Of a stretch of 64,000 bases of DNA, positions 56,219 through 64,000 are shown in pieces. Source of the stretch: an uncultured Steroidobacteraceae bacterium (lineage in GTDB: Bacteria; Pseudomonadota; Gammaproteobacteria; Steroidobacterales; Steroidobacteraceae); assembly GCA_964455685.1 (NCBI GenBank), contig CAYVZE010000003.1, forward strand, positions 119-64,118, written 5' to 3'. The notes below the pieces were generated by a model that saw only the letters and a program-made list of their open reading frames with translations, made no database searches and was not told the DNA's origin. The position numbers and the translations under genes are program-made. Every line of letters begins with the position of its first letter. Positions within the stretch are counted from its first letter, which is position 1.

Positions 56219-57223
56219 ATGACTTCGCCCGTAGTCAGCGTGCACATGATTACGTACAACCATGCGCCGTACATCCGCGAGGCCATCGAGAGTGTACTGG
56301 CCCAGCAGACGGACTTTCCGTTCGAGCTCGTGATCGGCGAGGACCATTCGCCCGACAACACCCTGGCGATCGTCTGCGAGTACCAGCAGCGGCATCCTGA
56401 CATCATCCGCGTGATCACTTCGGACCAGAACGTGGGCATGGCGAGAAACGCCAGGCGCACGTTCGAAGCCTGCACGGGCAAGTACATCGCCTACTGCGAG
56501 GGCGATGACTACTGGAATACCCCGCTGAAGCTGCAGAAGCAGGTGGACTTCCTCGAAGCCAACCCCTCCTGCTCACTGGTGTGTTCCGACTACGACATCC
56601 TGTTCGAGGATACCGGGCGCCGGCTGACCTTCATCAACCGGCAGAACAACCTGCAGCCGGGGAAGATCGACCAGATCAAGAGCATCATCCGCGGCACCCC
56701 GAGCAGCGGGATCCTGACCTGCACCGTGATGGCGCGCCGGGACCTGGTGGCGCTGGCAGTAGAGCGCAACCCCGCGATGCTCGGGGGCGATACACCGCAG
56801 CCCTGCGGGGATACGCCCACCTGGGCGGGCCTGTTCGTCGAAGGGCGGATCGGCTACATCGACGAGTCCCTGGCCACCTACCGGAGGATCGACGTTTCCG
56901 CCACTCGCAATCCATCCAAGGCTGCGCTGCTGCGCACGAGCATCGCAATGAAGCGCCAGATGCTGGAAATGGCGGAAATGTACAACGTGGACGAGACCGA
57001 GAAGTCACTCCACCGTCTGGACCTGAACAAGCGCCTGCTGCGGCTGGCCTATTTCGAGAGGGATGCGGCGCTTGCGCGCGAGGCATTCGACGCCCTCACG
57101 TCCAGGACGCTGTTGGACCGCGTACTCCTTTTCGGCGCGGGCAGCAACGCCCTGCACACGCTCGTTCGCCCCTGGGTGGGGCTGTTCGCGCGGCCCCTGA
57201 TCCCGACAACCGAGAAGCCCTGA
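56219..57223 (+). CDS. GT2 glycosyltransferase
   Basis: ATG after GGGAGG. VSVHMITYNHAPYI, IGEDHSPDNT, CEGDDYW (DxD-like). Confidence 0.8.
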   Translation: MTSPVVSVHMITYNHAPYIREAIESVLAQQTDFPFELVIGEDHSPDNTLAIVCEYQQRHPDIIRVITSDQNVGMARNARRTFEACTGKYIAYCEGDDYWNTPLKLQKQVDFLEANPSCSLVCSDYDILFEDTGRRLTFINRQNNLQPGKIDQIKSIIRGTPSSGILTCTVMARRDLVALAVERNPAMLGGDTPQPCGDTPTWAGLFVEGRIGYIDESLATYRRIDVSATRNPSKAALLRTSIAMKRQMLEMAEMYNVDETEKSLHRLDLNKRLLRLAYFERDAALAREAFDALTSRTLLDRVLLFGAGSNALHTLVRPWVGLFARPLIPTTEKP

Positions 57224-57237
57224 ACGGACGGCGGACC

Positions 57238-59043
57238 TCAGCCGTTCCGGCCGCCACGGAGCGCCAGTTCGCGGAATTCCGGGCTCTTCTCGAGCAGCTC
57301 CGCATACGTGCCCTGTTCCAGCACGCGGCCGTTGCCCATGAAGAAGATGTTGGAGCAATCCATGACCGTGGTGAGCCGGTGGGCGACAACGATGATGGTC
57401 TTGGTGCCGGCAATGTTGCGCAGCGCCTCCATCACCGCCCGCTCCGTCAAGTTGTCCAGCGCGCTGGTGGCCTCGTCGAAGACCAGCACGTCCGGGTCGC
57501 GGTAAAGGGCGCGCGCAATGCCGATCCTCTGCCGCTGGCCACCCGACAGCCGGATGCCACGCTCCCCAACCATGGTCTGGTAGCCCTCGGCCATCTCCCG
57601 CGTGACGAAGTCATGCAGCTCCGCGGCGCGCGCGGCTCTCTCCACCCGCGCCATGTCGATGTTCTGCGGATCCTCGCCGAAGGCGATATTGGCCGCGACC
57701 GTGTCGTCGAGCAGAAAGATCTGTTGCGGAACGTAGCCCACCGACTTCTGCCAGGCAATGCGGTTGGCCTCGGTCACCTCGACGCCATCGACCAGCAGTC
57801 TGCCGGAATCAGGCCGCAACAGGCCCAAGATGACGTCGATCGTGGTGGTCTTGCCCGCACCGGATCCGCCCACGATGCCCACCATGGAGTTGGCGTGGAT
57901 CTGCATGTCGACACCCTGCAGGGCGGGACGGGGAGCCTCCGGGAAGCGGAAGTGGATTTCCCTGAGCTCCAGCAGTTGCTTCAGCGGCAGAGCCGGGGTG
58001 TCGACCTGCGGCCCGAGGTCGCCTCTGACCTCCACAATCTGCTCATGCAGGTTCTCCAGCGCCGACTTGCCGAACCGCAGCTGGGTAAAATCGCGATAGA
58101 CCTGCTGCAGGGCCGGGAACAGGCGGATGCCCGCGAATGCGAACAGGCCAAGCGTGGGCACCGCGTCGTCGAGGCCCTCGCTGCCGTGACCGAGGAGGTA
58201 GATCACGAAGCCGAGCATGCCGCCGAAGGCGATGGCCTCCAGCACGTAGCGTGGGATCTGCCCGATGGAGAATGCGAACGACTGGGTTCGGGCGAACATC
58301 TCGGCCGAAATACCGTAGCGCCGCGCGTAGCTGTGCTCCAGCGACATCAGCTTGACCTCCTTGATGCCGGAGAACGCCTCGTTGGCAAGCTTGTACCGCT
58401 CAGCGTTGGCATCAACGCGCTTCTCACCAACCCTCGCAAGGGTACCTCGCACGGCTCCGTAGATGAGGACATAGGTGCCGGCGAAGAGCATTACCGCCAG
58501 CAGCATCACCAGCGGCTCAAGGGCCAGCAGCAGGGCCGCCAGCGCAATCGCCACGCTGGCGTGCGCCAGCAGCTCCAGGCCCGGGATCATGCACGTGTGG
58601 ATGACCTGATCGACCTCTGACAGGATCGACTTTCCGAGGTCGGCGCTGTGCCGGTGCAGGAACCAGGCGTAATCCTTGGCGATGTAGCCGCGAAACAACC
58701 GGTTCGAGATCGAGTAGTTGCGCATCGTACTGAAGCGGATCAGCACGAACTGCGTCACTGCCTTGAATGCCAGGCCCACCACCACAACCAGGAACACGCC
58801 CACGCCGACCCACATCAAGAACGTGCGGTCGTCCGGGGCGCCCGTGGTGTCGTACGCCCAGGACAGGATCCGGTTCTCGTGGATGTAGGTCGGGTCTGCC
58901 AGCACCGACAGGAACGGCAGCACGGCCGCCACGCCGATGACATCGAGCAAGCCCATCGCGATGATCATCACCACGAGCAGTGCAAACTGCCGCTTCTCGC
59001 CGCGATCGAGGAGGCCAAGGAGTTTCCGGTACAGTTCGATCAC
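57238..59043 (-). CDS. fused TMD-NBD ABC exporter (MsbA/PglK-like half transporter)
   Basis: GTG 59043. Six N-terminal TM helices. Walker A GGSGAGKTT, signature LSGGQRQRIGIARAL, Walker B VLVFDEATSALD. Confidence 0.85.
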   Translation of the reverse strand: MIELYRKLLGLLDRGEKRQFALLVVMIIAMGLLDVIGVAAVLPFLSVLADPTYIHENRILSWAYDTTGAPDDRTFLMWVGVGVFLVVVVGLAFKAVTQFVLIRFSTMRNYSISNRLFRGYIAKDYAWFLHRHSADLGKSILSEVDQVIHTCMIPGLELLAHASVAIALAALLLALEPLVMLLAVMLFAGTYVLIYGAVRGTLARVGEKRVDANAERYKLANEAFSGIKEVKLMSLEHSYARRYGISAEMFARTQSFAFSIGQIPRYVLEAIAFGGMLGFVIYLLGHGSEGLDDAVPTLGLFAFAGIRLFPALQQVYRDFTQLRFGKSALENLHEQIVEVRGDLGPQVDTPALPLKQLLELREIHFRFPEAPRPALQGVDMQIHANSMVGIVGGSGAGKTTTIDVILGLLRPDSGRLLVDGVEVTEANRIAWQKSVGYVPQQIFLLDDTVAANIAFGEDPQNIDMARVERAARAAELHDFVTREMAEGYQTMVGERGIRLSGGQRQRIGIARALYRDPDVLVFDEATSALDNLTERAVMEALRNIAGTKTIIVVAHRLTTVMDCSNIFFMGNGRVLEQGTYAELLEKSPEFRELALRGGRNG

Positions 59044-59046
59044 GTG

Positions 59047-59832
59047 CTATTCGTAACCCAGTTTCACGGCAATGTCGCGGCCGTTTGAATGCCCTGGCTG
59101 CTGCCGCGTGCCGGCTGCCGCACCGGCGCGCAGCAGCCGGCCCAGGCGCGTGCTTGCGCGGTGGCGCCAGAGCGGCAGGCCCGTACGCGTCAGCGCCACC
59201 ACCGTGGTCGGAATGGGCAAGCGCTTGCGCCACTTGCGGCGCATGTAATCGTAAGCCCGTGTATACGCGCCCGCGAGGCTCCGCACGCGCCGGCTGTTGT
59301 GCACCACGGGATCATGGACCGCGAATGCCCCCAGGCCGCGCTCCAGGCTGGTTTGTGCGATATCGGTACCGTACAGGTGGAACCCCGGCAGCGCCTCGTC
59401 GAAACGCAGGCCGCTGCGGCCGTTGACCACCAGCACCAGCTCGTCGGCAGACACGATCGGCACGGGTTCAGCAAAAGGACCGCCCAGCTCCCTCTGCAGG
59501 CCGCTCGACCAGCAGTGCCCGACGTGCGTGCCGTCTGCGCGCACACCATAGACGCCCAGCATGCCCCAGGCGCCGTGCGTCGCCTCGATGCGCGCGATGT
59601 GCGCGTGCAGGCGCCCGACCCAGCCCGCCGGCAGGTATACGTCCTGGTGGGCGAACACCAGCACATCCGCGCCGGCCATGTCGGCGCCCCGGTTGTAGGC
59701 AATGGCAGCGGACGGTTGCGCGCGCATTTCCACCAGCCTGACCGAGCCAAGGTCAGGCGACAGGCGAAGGTTCTCCGCCAGGATGGTCTCGTCGTTGACC
59801 GCCGCGACGATGGTCGTGGTCCTGCCTTCCAT
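59047..59832 (-). CDS. putative GT-A-fold glycosyltransferase-like protein
   Basis: VLVFAHQDVYLP and FDEALPGFHLYGTDI resemble a GT2-like subfamily as recalled. This is a weak assignment. It is tightly packed between the aminotransferase and the ABC exporter. Confidence 0.45.
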   Translation of the reverse strand: MEGRTTTIVAAVNDETILAENLRLSPDLGSVRLVEMRAQPSAAIAYNRGADMAGADVLVFAHQDVYLPAGWVGRLHAHIARIEATHGAWGMLGVYGVRADGTHVGHCWSSGLQRELGGPFAEPVPIVSADELVLVVNGRSGLRFDEALPGFHLYGTDIAQTSLERGLGAFAVHDPVVHNSRRVRSLAGAYTRAYDYMRRKWRKRLPIPTTVVALTRTGLPLWRHRASTRLGRLLRAGAAAGTRQQPGHSNGRDIAVKLGYE

Positions 59833-60941
59833 CAGGGCCGCGCTATCGCGTCGGTCACGCGAATGACGTCCGCGTCGGACATGTCCGGGTAGATCGGCAG
59901 GCAGATCACGCGATCGGCCACGTCATTGGCCACCGGCAGGTTGTCCTTCCGGGCCGACGGCAGCCCGCGATACATCGGGAAGCTCGAGATCAGAGGATAG
60001 AAGTAGCGACGGCAGTGTATACCCCGCTCCCCCATCCGTGCGTACAGGTCGTCGCGCGAGAGCGGGTAGTCCTTCTCCACCAGGATCGGGAAATACGCAA
60101 AGTTGTCCGCCGACTGCTTTCCGCGCCGGACAGGCTTGATGCCGGGCACATCTGCGAGCCTCTCGCGGTACAGCGAGTCGATTTGCGCCCTCCGCTCGAT
60201 GACCTGGCCGATGTACTTCAGCTGCAGCAGTCCAAGGGCGGCCGAGAACTCGTGCATCTTGCCGTTGATGCCGGTGGCCACGACGGTGGCCTCATCGACG
60301 AAGCCGAAGTTCTTCAGGTGGTCGATGTGCTGCTTTGCGCGCGCGTTGCGGCAGGCAATCGCACCACCCTCGAAGGTATTGAATACCTTGGTGGCATGGA
60401 AACTCAGGACCGACAGGTCGCCGTAGTCCAGAATACTCTTGCCGCCGTACTCCACCCCGAAGGCATGCGCGGCGTCATAAATGACCTTCAGGTTGTAGTT
60501 GTCGGCGATTCGCTGGATCGCATCCACGTCACAGGGATTGCCGTAGCAGTGTACGGGCATGATGGCCGTGGTCTGCGGCGTGATGGCTGCCTCGATCTTG
60601 TCCGGGTCGAGGTTCAGTGTCTCCGGCTCGATGTCGACGAACACGGGCTTGATGCCATTCCAGAGCAGCGAGTGCGCCGTAGCCACGAACGAGTAAGGGG
60701 TCGTGATCACCTCGCCAACCACGCGCAGGGCCTGCAGGGCAGATACAAGCGCGATGGTGGCGTTGGTGAACAGCGCCAGGTGCCTTACCCCGAGGTGCTC
60801 GCAAAGGGCTTTCTCGAGCTGCTCGTGGAAAGGCCCGTTGTTGGTGAGGATCCGTCGCTCCCAGATCTCCTCAAGGTAAGGCACGAGCTCCTGCAACGGG
60901 GGCAGGAAGGGCCTGGTGACGTACATCCTTTCGTCTTTCAT
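59832..60941 (-). CDS. DegT/DnrJ/EryC1/StrS-family PLP sugar aminotransferase (second copy, PglE/WecE-like)
   Basis: VITTPYSFVATA, IMPVHCYGNPCD, YDAAHAFG, SFHATKVFNTFEGG (PLP lysine), GINGKMHEFSAALG. Confidence 0.85.
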   Translation of the reverse strand: MKDERMYVTRPFLPPLQELVPYLEEIWERRILTNNGPFHEQLEKALCEHLGVRHLALFTNATIALVSALQALRVVGEVITTPYSFVATAHSLLWNGIKPVFVDIEPETLNLDPDKIEAAITPQTTAIMPVHCYGNPCDVDAIQRIADNYNLKVIYDAAHAFGVEYGGKSILDYGDLSVLSFHATKVFNTFEGGAIACRNARAKQHIDHLKNFGFVDEATVVATGINGKMHEFSAALGLLQLKYIGQVIERRAQIDSLYRERLADVPGIKPVRRGKQSADNFAYFPILVEKDYPLSRDDLYARMGERGIHCRRYFYPLISSFPMYRGLPSARKDNLPVANDVADRVICLPIYPDMSDADVIRVTDAIARP

Positions 60942-60973
60942 CTCTTGCAGTCGTACGCGCCCGGCTCAGACCT

Positions 60974-62266
60974 TCAATTGCCGTAGCGCAACCGCAGCCA
61001 GAAGCGCCGCTCGCGCGCCTCGTTGCTGGTGCCCTTGAGCCTGAAGTACGTCAGCTCTGCCTGCCCGACGATCGACAGGCGCCGACCAACCTGGGCGCCG
61101 AGACCCAGCACGCCGCCGGTCTCCCTGGTGCCGCCCATGGCCCTGAAGTCCTGGCTGGAATGGCGGACATCGACCGCAGCGTCGAACATCGGGGTGAGCT
61201 GACGCGACACACCAGCGTTTACCTCTCGGCGGCGGCGTTTCGTGTCCGGGGCGGCTGTGGATGTCTCCATAGCCCAGCGTCCGCCTGCCCTGACATCGGT
61301 CAGGCGCCCGCGGGCGCGCCAGTTCAACTCCACCATGTCGACGCGCAGGGGATCGATGGTGCGCGACAGGTCACCGGTGAGGGAAGTCGCCGGCGGCAGC
61401 CCGTCACCACTCCAACCTCCAAGGCTGCCGGCCGCATCTATCATCTCGCGGCCGATGCGCAGTGCCACTTCGGACCTTTGGCCGAGATTGCGGGTGAAGT
61501 CCAGGCGCAGCACGAGGCTGGAATCATTGTCCTGCACCGTCTCGATCTGCGAGGCACCGGCCTGCAGCATCAGGCGGGAACGCGCACCGCTGATAGCGTA
61601 GCTGACCACTGCCTCCCTCTGGTCGTAGATCGGCGCCTCGTCGGGATCAACCTTCTGGGCAGTCGCGGTCAGCGACAGCACCGCATTGCTCGAGAGCGTC
61701 CTTTCGATCGAGAGCGACTGGGTGAAACGCTGCGTATCCAGCTCACGCGAGTCGTCGTAATCGATCCGCGAGTAGCGACCGGCAAGCACGACATCGACGT
61801 TCTGCCCCAGCCGCAGGGTCACATTCGGGCCCGTGGACAGGAAGTTGTAGCTGTCCCGGTTCTCCGGGCTAGCTGCCTCCAGCAGGTCGGGGCGCGTCTG
61901 GCCGAAGCGGTCCATCAGCGTCCAGGAAAGGAGGTCGTCGACGAGGCTCAGGCGTACCAGGCCGGCGGCACTGCCCACCACCTCGGAGTCGAAGTCGCCG
62001 CTGGAATAGTTCATGTAGGCCAGGTCGCCGTTGAACTCGGCGACATAGCGCCGCGAGGCCTTGTTGACGTCGAACTCGATACCGGCACTGGAGACGGTCT
62101 CGCTCTGCTCGTTGTTGAAATCGAGCAGGATGTTGTCGGTCGTCGCCACGCCCGCGGTCACTGCGAACCGCGACACGGGCTCAGCAGCGCGGGAAACCGG
62201 GTGAAGTCCGAACAGCAGGAGGGCGCAAGAGATGCTAGCTGCCGCCGCCGGGATTTTCCTGTCCAT
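60974..62266 (-). CDS. outer-membrane beta-barrel protein of the EPS export module (EpsL-like, from memory)
   Basis: The start is placed at ATG 62266 (MDRKIPAAAASISCALLLFGLHPVSRA signal-like) and is uncertain (62284 and 62353 are alternatives). Alternating beta-strand pattern, ending in an aromatic-rich C-terminal strand WLRLRYGN. Confidence 0.5.
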   Translation of the reverse strand: MDRKIPAAAASISCALLLFGLHPVSRAAEPVSRFAVTAGVATTDNILLDFNNEQSETVSSAGIEFDVNKASRRYVAEFNGDLAYMNYSSGDFDSEVVGSAAGLVRLSLVDDLLSWTLMDRFGQTRPDLLEAASPENRDSYNFLSTGPNVTLRLGQNVDVVLAGRYSRIDYDDSRELDTQRFTQSLSIERTLSSNAVLSLTATAQKVDPDEAPIYDQREAVVSYAISGARSRLMLQAGASQIETVQDNDSSLVLRLDFTRNLGQRSEVALRIGREMIDAAGSLGGWSGDGLPPATSLTGDLSRTIDPLRVDMVELNWRARGRLTDVRAGGRWAMETSTAAPDTKRRRREVNAGVSRQLTPMFDAAVDVRHSSQDFRAMGGTRETGGVLGLGAQVGRRLSIVGQAELTYFRLKGTSNEARERRFWLRLRYGN

Positions 62267-63119
62267 AGGTACCGTACTCGCCATAGTAGTAGTTATCGTT
62301 GACAAGCCGGCGCCTGCCCTGGTTGAGCACCAGCGAGACCGCCTTGCCCTCATCGATCAGCGCCAGCGCATCCAGCACTGCCTGCCTGGGCGTCTTGCCG
62401 GCCCTGACCACCAGCAGCACCTGGCCGACCACTGCCGACAGCGCCTGCGACTCGCTGGTCGCCAGCAGCGGGGACGAATCGAACAGCACGATCCGGGCCG
62501 GATCATGGGCAAGCAGCTCCCCTACCACGACCATCATGCGCTGGCTGGACAGCAGCTCGGTGGCGGTTTCCCGCTGCTGCCGGCCGGCCGGCAGGATGAA
62601 GAGGTTGGGTACGTCCGTGGGAAGGACCAGCGACTCCACCGATTGCGCTTCGTCGGCCAGCGCGTCGAGCAGGCCGGGCTCGCGCTCGACGCCGAAGATG
62701 TTGCTCACATGCGGCTTGGCCACGTCCGCGTCCACCAGCACCACCGACAGGTCACGCTCGCGCGCCAGGCTCAGCGCGAGGTTGATGCTGGTGAAGGTCT
62801 TGCCGTCGCCCGGCACGGCACTGGCCATCATGACCAGACGCGGGCTGCCGACGGTTTCGGAATTGGGATCGAAGGCCGTGGCGATCAGGGGCCGCTTGAT
62901 CTGCCGGTACTCGTCGGCGAAGCGGCGATCCAGGCCTGTTTCAGGCATGTAACCAGAGGCGCGCAGGGCTTCGCGGTCGATGAACACCTTCGGTTCGCGC
63001 TGCTCGATGGTACCACCGGCGCCGGCGGGACGCCGCGTGCTGCCGACCGGGATCATCCTCGGTGACCGCTGGTCGGGCCGCTGGCGCAGTTTGCCGAGCG
63101 TTCGCTCTATGACACTCAT
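62235..63119 (-). CDS. BY-kinase (CpsD/CapB/EpsG-like tyrosine autokinase, stand-alone catalytic domain)
   Basis: Walker A SAVPGDGKTFTS, Walker A' VVLVDAD, Walker B IVLFDSSP, C-terminal tyrosine cluster NDNYYYGEYGTYG. Confidence 0.8.
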   Translation of the reverse strand: MSVIERTLGKLRQRPDQRSPRMIPVGSTRRPAGAGGTIEQREPKVFIDREALRASGYMPETGLDRRFADEYRQIKRPLIATAFDPNSETVGSPRLVMMASAVPGDGKTFTSINLALSLARERDLSVVLVDADVAKPHVSNIFGVEREPGLLDALADEAQSVESLVLPTDVPNLFILPAGRQQRETATELLSSQRMMVVVGELLAHDPARIVLFDSSPLLATSESQALSAVVGQVLLVVRAGKTPRQAVLDALALIDEGKAVSLVLNQGRRRLVNDNYYYGEYGTYGQENPGGGS

Positions 63120-63120
63120 C

Positions 63121-64000
63121 TCAACCCCCTGCCGCCGCGGCGAGGCGGAAGCCGCTCTGGCTCAGTATCACGGCCCCGACGAACAACCCGACCAGCCCGG
63201 CCATGGCCCCCACCACGCGCCACACCTGCCCGCGGGTTTCTGCGGCCAGGCGCTCGGGGAAGGCTGCGCTCACCACGCCGATGACCGGAACGTCGATGAG
63301 CCTGGACAGGCTGCGCGCCGAGGTCACCACGGGATTCAGGGCATGGCGCAACCAGCTGACGGCAGCACCGGCCAGCAGTGCGAACAAGAGCACGGCGGTC
63401 ATCAGCAGCACACGGGGCGGAAATACCGGGGAGAAGGGCGCGGAGACCGGCTTGACGGTCTCGAACTTGATCGCGCCGACGGTATCGGCTTCCTCACCCA
63501 GCCGCGCCCGTTCGAGGTTGGCAAGCATGGTCTCATACTGCCGCCGGTCGCTCTCGTAAGTGCGCATGATCTCTGCGTACTCGACAGCCACCTTCGGTGC
63601 GACATCCATGCGGCGCTGCAGGTCGGCAGCCCTGGACCGGTGCATGTCCAGGCGGCTGCGCAGCGAGGCGACCTCCGCGTCGGCCTGGTTCAGCTGCAGC
63701 TGGATGGACTGGTAGACCGGATTGGTGCTCAGGCCGCTGGAAGCCACCGCCTCGGCGTCACCACGACGCAGGCTCTCCAGCTCCTGCTCGCGCCGGCGCC
63801 TGAGCTCCTCGATGGTATGGCCGAGGGCGACCACCTCGTAGTGCTTGTCGGTGTACTTCAGCAGCAGCTCGGCCCTGCGGGCCTCCGCCTCCCTGAGCTT
63901 GGAGAGCGTGTCGCTCGCCGCCCCTGACCCGCCGCCCGCGGAAGGAACGGCGGGACTGAAGATGACCTCACCTCGCAACTGCCGGGCGTACTCGTTGCGC
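63121..64000 (-). CDS. polysaccharide co-polymerase / chain-length determinant (GumC/Wzz/EpsF-like), 5' end outside the window
   Basis: The reading frame stays open upstream of the listed TTG (63978) to the window edge. Long coiled-coil region (LKYTDKHYEVVAL..LQLNQADAEVASLRSRL..YETMLANLERARL), then a C-terminal TM helix (VLLMTAVLLFALLAGAAV). Confidence 0.75.
   Translation of the reverse strand, partial: RNEYARQLRGEVIFSPAVPSAGGGSGAASDTLSKLREAEARRAELLLKYTDKHYEVVALGHTIEELRRRREQELESLRRGDAEAVASSGLSTNPVYQSIQLQLNQADAEVASLRSRLDMHRSRAADLQRRMDVAPKVAVEYAEIMRTYESDRRQYETMLANLERARLGEEADTVGAIKFETVKPVSAPFSPVFPPRVLLMTAVLLFALLAGAAVSWLRHALNPVVTSARSLSRLIDVPVIGVVSAAFPERLAAETRGQVWRVVGAMAGLVGLFVGAVILSQSGFRLAAAAGG

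Overview
High-G+C proteobacterial chromosomal segment. Hand counts on single 60-nt lines give about 65-73% G+C. Gene order (pilMNOPQ-aroK-aroB with divergent ponA/mrcA, tesA/ybbA/ybbP, oxyR) suggests a Xanthomonadales-like gammaproteobacterium; this is inferred from gene content only. No similarity search or HMM could be run, so every functional call rests on motifs read in the supplied translations. Layout: (i) 1-17.4 kb is housekeeping: 5'-truncated RND pump, oxyR, a lipase-like hydrolase, acyl-CoA dehydrogenase plus LysR regulator, an EAL protein, a DUF4139-like protein, ybbP/ybbA/tesA and fadD. (ii) 17.4-20.6 kb is a clearly lower-G+C island (about 47-55% on counted lines) with no integrase, transposase or tRNA. 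It encodes three divergent paralogues of one uncharacterised HTH/winged-helix family. It also carries a monocistronic gene (own sigma70-like promoter, palindromic leader, intrinsic terminator) for a small Sec-signal protein made of tandem decapeptide repeats (QIGTGVKQKR). (iii) 20.6-31.9 kb holds dgt-aroB-aroK-pilQPONM on the minus strand, PBP1A and a small conserved ORF. (iv) 32-64 kb is a large polysaccharide-biosynthesis locus that runs off the window. It includes an 11-gene translationally coupled plus-strand operon: aminotransferase, phosphoglycosyl transferase, oxidoreductase, pyruvyl transferase, an F420-dehydrogenase-like FeS protein, a Wzy-like membrane protein, glycosyltransferases, deacetylase and AsnB-type amidotransferase. 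It also holds a secreted beta-helix protein, an ABC exporter, and a split chain-length-determinant / BY-kinase / OMP module. The most unusual element is a 2189-aa NRPS-PKS hybrid (A with embedded methyltransferase-T-KS-AT-ACP-T, no release domain) directly downstream of a NeuD/PglD-type acyltransferase. The initiating phosphoglycosyl transferase also carries a degenerate GGDEF domain that keeps an RxxD I-site at canonical spacing. The ORF track treats ATG, GTG and TTG as starts and takes the longest ORF, so several starts were re-placed by hand. Many long antisense ORFs are high-G+C shadow ORFs and were rejected.
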